DNA of 64,000 bases, from positions 10,189-74,188 of the forward strand of contig CAYVOV010000002.1 of assembly GCA_964453525.1 (NCBI GenBank), in the 5' to 3' direction. The DNA comes from an uncultured Dehalococcoidales bacterium. Lineage in GTDB: Bacteria > Chloroflexota > Dehalococcoidia > Dehalococcoidales > UBA2162. Below the pieces are notes generated by a model. The model ran no database searches. It had not been told where the DNA came from and saw only the letters and a program-made list of their open reading frames with translations. Positions 1 to 8,871 of this stretch are shown in pieces. Position numbers and translations under genes: made by a program. The first letter of the stretch is position 1. Every line of letters begins with the position of its first letter.

Positions 1-64
1 CAGAGCAGGATAAACCCACTCTGTTTTTATGTAAAACCACTTAGAGACGCCTGGACTTGATTCC

Positions 65-514
65 TCAGGCGTCCTCCCAGCGATACCGTCTTTTCTTGTT
101 AACCAGTTTATCAAGGCCGCAATTAAAGCAAATGCCGTTATGGCAGCATATCGTTTCGCCGCATTCCGGGCATATCCACTTCTCCTCTTCTTTTTTCAGA
201 AACCGGCCAATCCCGTTGTCCCGGATATAATCAAGGTTCTCAATCATGCTCATTCGATAATTTTCACGATAGCGCCTATCAATGTGCCTGAGATTTCTAC
301 AGGGGAAGTCCGGACACTCATAGCAGTATTTCACCTTTCCGTACAGGATTAAATCACACCGTTTCCTGAGGAAAGCACACTGCTTGTCTCTCGGCCGGCA
401 ACCAATACAGTATGGCGTTTTAACTCCCTTACTTTTCAGGTCATTTTTTGAAGCAAGGTAGCCACTGCATATTGCGCAGTTCATACCACAGGGAGCAATC
501 AGTACTTCTTCCAT
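65..514 (-). CDS. Cys-rich DUF3795-like protein
   Basis: 149-aa ORF with many CxxC pairs (CGMNCAICSG, CIGC, CYECPDFPC, CPECGETICC), the pattern I associate with DUF3795. Confidence 0.65.
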   Translation of the reverse strand: MEEVLIAPCGMNCAICSGYLASKNDLKSKGVKTPYCIGCRPRDKQCAFLRKRCDLILYGKVKYCYECPDFPCRNLRHIDRRYRENYRMSMIENLDYIRDNGIGRFLKKEEEKWICPECGETICCHNGICFNCGLDKLVNKKRRYRWEDA

Positions 515-547
515 CTCTTTAAATCCCGGACATGAAAGTATTCATAT

Positions 548-1432
548 TTACTGAGTCAGGCTCTGCATCTGAGGAACTATGCTCTCCAGCTCCCGCTGCT
601 GCTCGGTCATTAATTCCTGCAACTGGCTATATCGTCCCTCCAGCTCTTTAAATACAGCTACCTGGGAACTCATTTCGTCATACAGTGCCTGTGCTTCTTC
701 CGACATTACGTGTCCGGCATACTTGCTGTTGAACTCGTCAATAAGGTCCTGATAATCGTTATAAGCTTCCTGATATTCCTGATAGACTTCTTCAGCCTCT
801 TCAATCATCGAATTCAATATGCCAGCCCGGACGTTATACTCATACTTGAGTTCCTCGAACCTTTTATATTCCTGCGGATTATCGAAAGACCATCCCGCAT
901 AATAAAGCGGATTCTCCGTTTTCAGAACGGCCTGCCCGTTTGTTGTTTCCAGTGCCAGATATTCACCGGGAGATATCTCAGCCTTGACCCAGGCATGACT
1001 GGAGTCCTGCATATTCAATACTACCTTTTCCACATCTCCGATTTGTATGGCAGCATTGATACCCTGAGCCTGAAGCATATTCCAGACATCCATCGCCATG
1101 TCCGCACACACAAACAGGTCCTTTTTACTGTAGGTATGTGTTTCGTGGTAGTGCTTGACGATATTCCTGGCGGTCTCTTCGGCGGTATCACCAACAAGCC
1201 CGGATTCCGCCCCCAGTTCCATAATCTGCTGCTGTAAAGTACTGGCCTTCGCCTGCGAATCACCAAGTTCATCCTCCAGATTTTCAATCTTTTCTCTGGC
1301 AGCTGCAAGCTCGGTACCGGTTTCACCGGACACTGCCGGAGAGGTCGTACACCCGGTAATAAGACCAGGCAGCAACGTGGCTGCAATTAAAAGTACTAAT
1401 AATACGCCGTTCCTTCTCATAACAGTCCGCAA
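548..1432 (-). CDS. Lipoprotein with coiled-coil region and transglutaminase-like Cys/His core
   Basis: Signal peptide with lipobox (LITGC). Q/E-rich heptad-like segments lie at both ends. The central FVCADMA ... SHAWV pattern resembles transglutaminase-like cysteine peptidase folds. Confidence 0.55.
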   Translation of the reverse strand: MRTVMRRNGVLLVLLIAATLLPGLITGCTTSPAVSGETGTELAAAREKIENLEDELGDSQAKASTLQQQIMELGAESGLVGDTAEETARNIVKHYHETHTYSKKDLFVCADMAMDVWNMLQAQGINAAIQIGDVEKVVLNMQDSSHAWVKAEISPGEYLALETTNGQAVLKTENPLYYAGWSFDNPQEYKRFEELKYEYNVRAGILNSMIEEAEEVYQEYQEAYNDYQDLIDEFNSKYAGHVMSEEAQALYDEMSSQVAVFKELEGRYSQLQELMTEQQRELESIVPQMQSLTQ

Positions 1433-1708
1433 GTCTCCTTCATTCGATTCGAGACCAAGTATAGCATTATATTGTTTCCACTGACAGTATCAAAAGATTA
1501 CATTTTCCCATGTATATCAGACCCGATTGACTAATATTTTAGTATGTGCGGTTTTGGTTGATGAAGCACCCCTCCTTTTTAGTATATATGTTCCCGCCCG
1601 CCGCCCTAGAGGAAGCTAAAAATGACAACCAGATGCAAAAGAAACATGTTATTAAATATCTTGAATGATTGAATACTTTGCAACATTACAACAAATATGT
1701 TCTTTACC

Positions 1709-1737
1709 TTGACAATTGTTTAAGTATAATGTATATA
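1709..1737 (+). promoter_or_regulatory. Candidate sigma-70 promoter of SBP paralog 1
   Basis: TTGACA (1709-1714), 17-nt spacer, TATATA (1732-1737). It implies a ~400-nt leader. Confidence 0.4.
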
Positions 1738-2143
1738 CTGTCAATGAATACACATTATAATTGTCACCACGTGATAATTTGAGGATAATATCTTACAGTG
1801 TAGACGCATTTTGTGTAACCGGATTTCACAAAAGGAAAAACCTAAAGATTATTAATAATACGAGAAGGTTAATAATATCCGGCAAACAAAACTAAACTGT
1901 AAATAAGAGAGAATATGACGGAGAGTTGGCTTTGCCACGAGATTCGATGTTGTTGCAGGTCATATTTGCCAACCTGCAGCAACATCGTCACCTCCTCCAG
2001 ACCCCCTTGGCTGCAGCCTTGAGGAAACGTGACCTCACGGAAAGGCCAGCCAAGGGGGTTAAATAATTTATAACATAACCACTTGAAACACTCAATCAGA
2101 AAGTATATAATCCAAAATAAATGCAAAAAAGGAGGTGAAAAAT

Positions 2144-3952
2144 ATGACTAAAAAGATTGTATGGTTAATAATAAGCAGCCTGATGGCACTGTCGCTGGTG
2201 GTAGCATCATGCGGTCCGGCAGCAGTGGAGGAGGAAGAGGAGGAAGAAGTTGTAATCGGAGAAGAAGAGGAGGAGGAAGAGGAGGAAGAAGAACAGGAGG
2301 GATTTTTACCTCCGGACGTTCCGAAATATGGCGGAACGTTTACCTGGCATCTTCCGACGGATGTAATGGGATTCGACCCCATTTTGAAGCTTCAAATGGA
2401 GTGTAAGAGTCTTTGGATGACCAACGAAGAATTGATGACCGGTGACTGGGCGAAGGGTCCGGCAGGCAGCGGGGAGACCGATTGGACTTCTGGCTTCATT
2501 GGCCGCATTGAGTTACAGACCGGTTCTCTGGCTGAAAGCTGGGAAACGCCTGATAATGAAACGATAATATTTCATACCCGCCCGGGAGTCTACTACGGCC
2601 TGAATCCGGATAGTGAAGCAAGTAAACACGTTAACGGCAGGGAGTTTACAGCCGAGGATGCAGCCTATAGTATCGACCGTAATTTCAATACAACAACGGC
2701 TTATTCGTACAACGCCTACACCAGGGCAGGGTACGGTCCTACAGATATAGAGGTTGTTGATAAATACACGGTTAAAATCACAGTTCCCCAAACGATGCAT
2801 GGTCTGATGCTTCTGGTAATGGGAGACAACATGTTCCAGGTATGCAAGGATGTTACAGAAAAATATGGCGACCAGTCGGACTGGAGAAATCAGGTAGGGA
2901 CAGGCCCGTTTTTCCTGGTTGATTACGTTCCCGGCAGCTTGCTGACCTACAAGAGGAATCCCAACTACTGGAGGAAGGACCCTATTCATCCGGAGAACCA
3001 GTTACCATACCTGGACTCCGTAAAGACCCTTATTATTCCGGACACATCCACCCAGCTGGCAGCGATACGCACAGGAAAAATGGACAGGATGTATAACATT
3101 TCCTGGGAAGACGCAGAAATGCTGATGAAGCAGAGTTCCGACCTGAATTATAAGAAAGTTGTGGCTGCTCCGATACTTCCTGTTATGAGGGTGGATAAAC
3201 CGGAACTGCCTTACTATGACCTCAGGGTCAGGCAGGCAATGAACATGGCAGTAAACCAGCAGGAAATAGTAGATGAATACTACGAGGGCAACGGTATCAT
3301 GTTTGCTGTCCCATATCCTCCCACTCCGACATACTCGGAGATTTTCACTCCACTGGAAGAGCAATCCGAGGACGTTCAGGAGTTATTCACCTACAACCCG
3401 GATAAAGCGAAGGCACTTCTGGCAGAGGCAGGATACCCTGACGGCTTTCAGACCAAGATTGACTGCTCGGTGGTTGATGTGGACTACATTTCTATTATCA
3501 GAGAGTACTTGCTCGCTGTCGGTATAGACATGGAGATTAATCAGTTGGAAGCCGGCGTCTTCCGCAGTGTAGGCAGGGGGAGAACACACGATGAGATGAT
3601 AACCATGAACTGTGTCGACTATATTTTCCCCTTCAGGCTGCTTATGGTACGTCAGGAGAGTTTTGATAATCGCGCTTACTTTGAAGACCCGTTTACCCGT
3701 GAATCCTATGAATCAATTAACGCAGTCATCGGTAAAAATGACGCCGAGGCTAACAGGCTCATCAAGGAAGTAGGCAAATTCTCTCTATCAAAGGCCTGGG
3801 GAATATGGATGCCGGCAAAACACACCTACACCATGTGGTGGCCATGGGTGCAGAACTACCACGGCGAAAGTACTCTCGGTTATGACGGCCAGAACCTTTA
3901 CATTTACTACATGTGGGTAGACACGGACCTGAAGAGGTCAATGGGATACTAA
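2144..3952 (+). CDS. ABC transporter substrate-binding lipoprotein, family 5 (peptide/nickel type), paralog 1
   Basis: The track ORF starts at GTG 2135, but ATG 2144 sits 8 nt after GGAGG. It has a lipobox (VASCG) followed by a poly-Glu tether. Family-5 SBP-like motifs are present (GTGPF, YKRNPNYW, AAIRTGK, AGYPDGF). Confidence 0.9.
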   Translation: MTKKIVWLIISSLMALSLVVASCGPAAVEEEEEEEVVIGEEEEEEEEEEEQEGFLPPDVPKYGGTFTWHLPTDVMGFDPILKLQMECKSLWMTNEELMTGDWAKGPAGSGETDWTSGFIGRIELQTGSLAESWETPDNETIIFHTRPGVYYGLNPDSEASKHVNGREFTAEDAAYSIDRNFNTTTAYSYNAYTRAGYGPTDIEVVDKYTVKITVPQTMHGLMLLVMGDNMFQVCKDVTEKYGDQSDWRNQVGTGPFFLVDYVPGSLLTYKRNPNYWRKDPIHPENQLPYLDSVKTLIIPDTSTQLAAIRTGKMDRMYNISWEDAEMLMKQSSDLNYKKVVAAPILPVMRVDKPELPYYDLRVRQAMNMAVNQQEIVDEYYEGNGIMFAVPYPPTPTYSEIFTPLEEQSEDVQELFTYNPDKAKALLAEAGYPDGFQTKIDCSVVDVDYISIIREYLLAVGIDMEINQLEAGVFRSVGRGRTHDEMITMNCVDYIFPFRLLMVRQESFDNRAYFEDPFTRESYESINAVIGKNDAEANRLIKEVGKFSLSKAWGIWMPAKHTYTMWWPWVQNYHGESTLGYDGQNLYIYYMWVDTDLKRSMGY

Positions 3953-3985
3953 TATATTAAATTTACGGTCTTACAGACTGAAAAA

Positions 3986-4018
3986 GGGGACTGGAGATAG
4001 ATACTCCAGTCCCCTTTG
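3986..4018 (+). terminator. Rho-independent terminator after SBP paralog 1
   Basis: GGGGACTGGAG / CTCCAGTCCCC stem followed by TTTGATT. Confidence 0.7.
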
Positions 4019-4195
4019 ATTGACATCGCTCAGTAGCCTATCACTCATTTTATATATTTATATATTCATAGACGTATTTCTGAAAAAACCTGCATTCTCA
4101 TCTCATATTATTCTTTTTCTATCATCTATATAGGAATAAAACAGACATTGATGTTATAACTGGTCATACTTTATGTTTAATTATGCGTATTACTA

Positions 4196-4224
4196 TTGAC
4201 ATTTTGCTGAATTATCATTAATAT
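4196..4224 (+). promoter_or_regulatory. Candidate sigma-70 promoter of SBP paralog 2
   Basis: TTGACA (4196-4201), 17-nt spacer, TAATAT (4219-4224). It implies a ~300-nt leader. Confidence 0.5.
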
Positions 4225-4530
4225 ATTTGGTCAATACATGTATCAGTAGTACATTCATCGGTAAATAAATAGTTGGTGCTGGCTCTGCCAGGGGAAACCA
4301 GGGTGCTAAGGAGTGGCAGCTCAGTACTTAGCGTAAATACCAACCATACTCCTCCCGTGTCCGGAGCCCTGGGGGTAATCGGGCTTAGTGGCAGGGCCAG
4401 CAAAGGTGGTGATGCTACTGGGAAAAAATAAATAAAATAGCGTAAGACAGTGGTTTAATCCTTTGGAGGTGAAGGAAAACCCGGGACGGGTATCATTTAC
4501 TCGTCAAATATAGAAAGGAGGTTTGATGTT

Positions 4531-6354
4531 TTGATAAAGAGAATTGTATGGTTGCTGCTGAGTTGCATGATGGCAATCTCTCTATTGGTGGCATCATGCG
4601 GTCCAGCAGCTGAAGAGGAGGAGGAAGAAGAAGTAATTATCGGTGAGGAAGAGGAAGAAGAAGAAGAGGAAGAAGAAGTTGTAACACCTTCAGGTGAACC
4701 TGTTTATGGCGGGACGCTTTATCTTTGCTCTGCCGTCGATATCCTCAATTTCGACCCGATGGACTGGGTCGGCGGGGGACCCTCTCTTGACCTTACCATG
4801 AATAGACTGTGGGACGGCGACTGGGCAAAGGGCAAGGCCGGCGGCTACGGCACCGGAGAGACGGACTGGGCGACCAGCTACGATGTCCGTGCCCACAAGA
4901 GAGGATACATCGCAGAGACTATTAACTTCGAAATCGACGATGCTAGCGGAATGGGTAAAATCATCTATAAAATCCGGAAAGGCATACACTGGGCATTGAA
5001 CCCGAACAGCCGCGCCGCTGTCATCACCAACGGACGGGAAATAAACGCTGATGATGTGGTCTTTTCTCTCAACAGATGTATAACCGACCCCAATGCCAAT
5101 ATCTACCGGTCCAACCCATTCCTGCGCACTGCCGTCATCACCAAGACCGCGCCGGACACAGTAACGGTAGAAGTTCCCATCGAGCGTGTGCTGGAAGCAG
5201 CCAAGCGTTTTGGTGATTCTACCTTCCCGGTACCCAAGGATGCCATTGAACAACTCGGCAACATCCGCGACTGGAAAGATGCGGTCGGCACAGGTCCTTT
5301 CATCCTGACCGACTATGTGGTAGCCAGCACAGTAACCCTCAAGAAAAATCCCGATTACTGGCTGAAAAACCCGGTAGGTCCGGGCAAGGGTGACGACCTG
5401 CCATACCTCAATGAAGTAAAATGGCTGATAATCCCCGATGCTTCGACGAGGCTGGCCGCTTTGAGGACAGGAAAAATAGACCAGCTTTACGACATAACTT
5501 ACGAAGACGCCAAACAGCTTAAAGCGGCGGAAGATGAAGGACTTCTCAAGGTAGTACAGGACACCGTTCACGAATTTCCCGCCTACATGAGAACAGACAA
5601 GGAGCCTTACAGCGATGTCAGAGTCCGCCGGGCGATGATGATGGCTATTGACCAGGAAACCATAGAGAGGGACCTGTACGAAAGCTCCGGCAGACTTATC
5701 ACCTGGCCCTACTATTACAGCAAGGCTTACGAGAACCTTTACCTGGGTCTGGATGACCCGGAGATGCCGGCATCTGTGAAGGAGTTGTTTGAATATCACC
5801 CTGATAAAGCAAAGCAATTGCTGGCGGAAGCCGGATATCCTAACGGTTTCAAGACCGAGCTGATATGTAATTCCACGCAGGCCGATTACTATTCGATAAT
5901 CAAGGATTACTGGGACGATGTGGGTATCGAACTTGAGCTTAAAGTGGTAGAAGCCGGCGCTCTTCGTGCCGTCCAAACCGGGCGGACCCACGAGCATCTG
6001 GTTACCAGCTCGACCGGTCCTCCGTCCATCTGGCCAATGCTGATAGTACTGACCGGCGAAGGCTGGCAGAACACCAGTTTGCTTGATGACCCGGTAGTCA
6101 ACGAGGCGGCTGCTGAGATAGGCCGAATGGCAATAACCGACGAATTGGGTGCCATGGCCAAGACCAAGGAACTGATGAAGTACGTCCTCGACCAGGCCTG
6201 GGTGATTCAGAATCCGGACTTCCCCCGGTACGTATTTTACTGGCCCTGGATAAAGAACTACTCCGGTGAGAGAAGCATCGGCTACTTCTGGGTACACTCC
6301 TGGCCTCAGTTCGTCTGGCTTGACGAAGACCTCAGAAAGTCTATGGGTAAATAA
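4531..6354 (+). CDS. ABC transporter substrate-binding lipoprotein, family 5, paralog 2
   Basis: TTG start 9 nt after AAGGAGG. It shares the paralog 1 architecture: lipobox VASCG, poly-Glu tether, GTGPF, KKNPDYW, AALRTGK, AGYPNGF. Confidence 0.9.
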   Translation: MIKRIVWLLLSCMMAISLLVASCGPAAEEEEEEEVIIGEEEEEEEEEEEVVTPSGEPVYGGTLYLCSAVDILNFDPMDWVGGGPSLDLTMNRLWDGDWAKGKAGGYGTGETDWATSYDVRAHKRGYIAETINFEIDDASGMGKIIYKIRKGIHWALNPNSRAAVITNGREINADDVVFSLNRCITDPNANIYRSNPFLRTAVITKTAPDTVTVEVPIERVLEAAKRFGDSTFPVPKDAIEQLGNIRDWKDAVGTGPFILTDYVVASTVTLKKNPDYWLKNPVGPGKGDDLPYLNEVKWLIIPDASTRLAALRTGKIDQLYDITYEDAKQLKAAEDEGLLKVVQDTVHEFPAYMRTDKEPYSDVRVRRAMMMAIDQETIERDLYESSGRLITWPYYYSKAYENLYLGLDDPEMPASVKELFEYHPDKAKQLLAEAGYPNGFKTELICNSTQADYYSIIKDYWDDVGIELELKVVEAGALRAVQTGRTHEHLVTSSTGPPSIWPMLIVLTGEGWQNTSLLDDPVVNEAAAEIGRMAITDELGAMAKTKELMKYVLDQAWVIQNPDFPRYVFYWPWIKNYSGERSIGYFWVHSWPQFVWLDEDLRKSMGK

Positions 6355-6385
6355 TCAGTAAAACCAATGGACTGAAATAAGAAGT

Positions 6386-6417
6386 GAGAGGCTGGAGGAC
6401 CAATCCTCCAGCCTCTT
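6386..6417. terminator. Hairpin between convergent SBP2 and sirtuin genes
   Basis: 13-bp stem GAGAGGCTGGAGG / CCTCCAGCCTCTT. There is no clear U-tract, so its function as a terminator is uncertain. Confidence 0.4.
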
Positions 6418-6457
6418 CAGGTATCAACCATCTGAACAGGCACCGGTGCCAGTTATC

Positions 6458-7225
6458 TCAACCGCTTTTCGATTTTGTCATCTCTATTATCCGGGGAAGC
6501 ACTTCCCCGATTTTTTCATTAATTACTATGTCAGCGTACCTGTCATGCGGCGTCGGCATCAGGTTAATGATTACCAGCCTGGCGCCATTGTTTTTGGCAA
6601 TCAGCGGCATTTCAGCCGCCGGGTAAACAACCATTGACGAACCGCAGGCAAGTAAAAGGTCGCACTCGGCGGCTCTCCCCTGGGCTTCCCGGATTTCCTC
6701 TTCCGGCAGAGATTGTCCGAACTGGATAACGTCCGGCTTCATAATTCCGCCGCAGGCTTCACAGGTGGGCACTTTCTCTCCCGCCTCGAGTCTCACCTGC
6801 ACCTCGGCGCTCGGGTATTTCCGGCCGCAGTCAAGGCAAAGAGCCCTCGTCCAGGTCCCATGCAGCTCAATCACCTTTTCATCAGGCACACCGGACCGCT
6901 GGTGAAGGCTATCTCCGTCCTGGGTGATTATGCAATCGAGCTTGCCCATTTTATAAAGTCCGGCAATGGCAAGATGCCCGGCATTGGGTTCAGCGGCAGC
7001 AATAATCGGCCAGAGCAGTTTCTGGCGCTCCCAGTACGTCTCCCGGCTGGCCTGGCTGGAAAGGAACTTCTGGTAAGTAAGCTCGCTTGGATCATACCGG
7101 TCCCAGATTCCCCCGGGACTCCGGAAATCCGGGATGCCCGATTCCGTGCTGATACCGGCACCGGTAAAAACAACGATTTTCTCCGACTCAACAATAATAT
7201 CGGAAACAGCCTCAATCTTATCCAT
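6458..7225 (-). CDS. cobB: NAD-dependent protein deacylase (Sir2 family)
   Basis: GAGISTESGIPDFRS motif, Zn-ribbon CLDC...CEAC, HG catalytic region. It ends in TGA. Confidence 0.9.
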   Translation of the reverse strand: MDKIEAVSDIIVESEKIVVFTGAGISTESGIPDFRSPGGIWDRYDPSELTYQKFLSSQASRETYWERQKLLWPIIAAAEPNAGHLAIAGLYKMGKLDCIITQDGDSLHQRSGVPDEKVIELHGTWTRALCLDCGRKYPSAEVQVRLEAGEKVPTCEACGGIMKPDVIQFGQSLPEEEIREAQGRAAECDLLLACGSSMVVYPAAEMPLIAKNNGARLVIINLMPTPHDRYADIVINEKIGEVLPRIIEMTKSKSG

Positions 7226-7337
7226 TTACCACCTCTACCGGATATATTAAAGGTTAGAGCAAGAGGATTTCAACTTGAAGCAGCAGGAAATAAGAGTATA
7301 ATAGAACAATGGTGATCTGGAACAGGAAACTGAATAA

Positions 7338-7847
7338 ATGAGAGTTCATGGGAAAATATTACGCCTGGTCTTTCTTATTTTCGGACTTATACCTATGCTG
7401 ATGCCCGGCACGGTTCTGGCCCAGGAAGAGAAAACGGATATAAGCCTGAGATTGATTCGCGGAGACTACAATAAAGAGGTCATACCCGGAGAGGAAACCA
7501 TCTTGCACCTTGAGATTCATAACTCCGGAGATACTCCGGTGACGAATATCAGGCTGTCCGCGGAACCACCAGAAGGCTGGGACATCGAGTTCGAGCCGGC
7601 GGTTATAGGCTATCTTGGTACCGGCACTTTTCAAACTATTGACATCAACGTCAGGCCACCAAAAAGTGTAGGGAGGGATGGATACAATATCAATATTATT
7701 GCCGAGGCAAACGAAACGAGGAGAATCACAACAGTTTTTCTGAGAGTGGAGAAGACCACCACGATATGGACATGGGTTGGAATTGGCGTAGCGGCTTTGG
7801 TAATCGGCGGTTTTGTTATTGTTTACAGACGATATGGCCGGCAGTAA
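7338..7847 (+). CDS. Secreted, C-terminally anchored protein with beta-sandwich (NEW3/CARDB-like) domain
   Basis: Signal peptide and a C-terminal TM helix. The Ig-like repeat pattern resembles COG1470-type proteins. Confidence 0.5.
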   Translation: MRVHGKILRLVFLIFGLIPMLMPGTVLAQEEKTDISLRLIRGDYNKEVIPGEETILHLEIHNSGDTPVTNIRLSAEPPEGWDIEFEPAVIGYLGTGTFQTIDINVRPPKSVGRDGYNINIIAEANETRRITTVFLRVEKTTTIWTWVGIGVAALVIGGFVIVYRRYGRQ

Positions 7848-7889
7848 GCCGGGTAAACGAATAATCCATACGTGTATACAGGAGGAGAA

Positions 7890-8291
7890 ATGATTGAACG
7901 CGTTCATGAGCATATAACCAGCGAACTGAATACAAACTCACGTACCGATACGATTTTTGTCCTTTCAGCAATTATTCTCAACTTGATAACCCTCGGTATA
8001 AACTCCGGCGTCACAGGGATTCAAGAGGTCGGCACCAGGTTCACAGTGATGTTTATCATCGTTGCCCTGATAATTGTGGTCAACTTCGTTGCTGAAATCG
8101 GCCTGATAAGAGGCAGGCTGATGCGGAAAAAACTGCTGGAAGGTCTGCTGAAAATGTATAAAGACCAGGGAGTGGAAGGCTACTATGACTCTTCTCTACT
8201 GAGCGATTATTCAACAAGGTACAACCTTTTTATGCTTGTGGTCCTATGCACTGGTCTAATCGCTATTATCATACCCTTCATAATCAGGTAA
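7890..8291 (+). CDS. Small integral membrane protein
   Basis: ATG 7890 lies directly after AGGAGGAGAA. Three to four hydrophobic helices. No family recognised. Confidence 0.5.
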   Translation: MIERVHEHITSELNTNSRTDTIFVLSAIILNLITLGINSGVTGIQEVGTRFTVMFIIVALIIVVNFVAEIGLIRGRLMRKKLLEGLLKMYKDQGVEGYYDSSLLSDYSTRYNLFMLVVLCTGLIAIIIPFIIR

Positions 8292-8352
8292 TCCCGGTAA
8301 CCAACAAGTGACGGGTGAAACGATAAGGCAGACTGCCTTACAGTCTGACGCC

Positions 8353-8544
8353 TCAGGTGGAGCCTGCGGAGGGTCCGGGGGCGCAACCTTTACCGGAAGA
8401 GGAGATACCAAACGCGGAAAAAACCTTGCGTAAGTATTCCTCCCCGCATCCGGGGCATTTAATAGCGTCATCACAATCATTAATGCTCCGCCGCAGTTCA
8501 AACTTTTTGCCGCACTTATTGCATTCATATTCGTATATCGGCAT
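8353..8544 (-). CDS. FmdB-family zinc-ribbon regulatory protein
   Basis: MPIYEYECNKCGKKFE...CPGCG is the characteristic CxxC_CxxC_SSSS N-terminus. I prefer the internal ATG over the GTG at 8553. Confidence 0.8.
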   Translation of the reverse strand: MPIYEYECNKCGKKFELRRSINDCDDAIKCPGCGEEYLRKVFSAFGISSSGKGCAPGPSAGST

Positions 8545-8590
8545 TTTCTTCACCTTCCCCGATTATACACTTTATTCCAGAATTGACAAC

Positions 8591-8803
8591 TTAAATCTTC
8601 GATATCTGAATGGCATTCACCGGACAGGCTCTTACGCAATCGGCGCATCCCCGGCAGAGAAAAGGATTGGTCATCGGTATCTCGTAAGCCGTCTCCTGGA
8701 CAAGCAGTTTACGCTCGCAGGCTTCCGCCGCCTTACAAACGCCGTCTTCACATTCCTGAGGACGGCATTTATTGAAATCAATCATCGCCATTTTGCCTGG
8801 CAT
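8591..8803 (-). CDS. Small ferredoxin-like Cys-rich protein
   Basis: CRGCADCVRACP 4Fe-4S motif plus additional Cys residues. The start is uncertain (ATG 8803, 8791 or 8785). Confidence 0.55.
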   Translation of the reverse strand: MPGKMAMIDFNKCRPQECEDGVCKAAEACERKLLVQETAYEIPMTNPFLCRGCADCVRACPVNAIQISKI

Positions 8804-8871
8804 TGAAATGAACCTCTTTTTATTCTTTTCCTTTAACAGGATAGAACGGATAAAGCTATCCTGCAAGAGTT

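Noticed and set aside
2092-2382. Poly-Ser ORFs (also 30809-31000)
   Set aside because: They are the reverse complement of the GAG/GAA poly-Glu tether coding repeats of the SBP genes.
4260-4440. Cobalamin or Moco riboswitch in the SBP2 leader (GGGGAAACCAGGGTGCTAA; CTCCTCCC...CCGGAGCC)
   Set aside because: It shows only short partial resemblance. The B12 box and the conserved Moco junction sequences are not present. I kept it only as an unclassified structured leader.
4690-6297. 535-aa ORF on the minus strand
   Set aside because: It lies entirely antisense to the well-supported SBP paralog 2 gene. Its composition is Arg/Gly/Val-rich, as expected for a shadow ORF, and it has no recognisable motifs.
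8357-8806. 149-aa plus-strand ORF spanning the FmdB and ferredoxin-like loci
   Set aside because: It overlaps two minus-strand genes with strong family motifs and has no motifs of its own.
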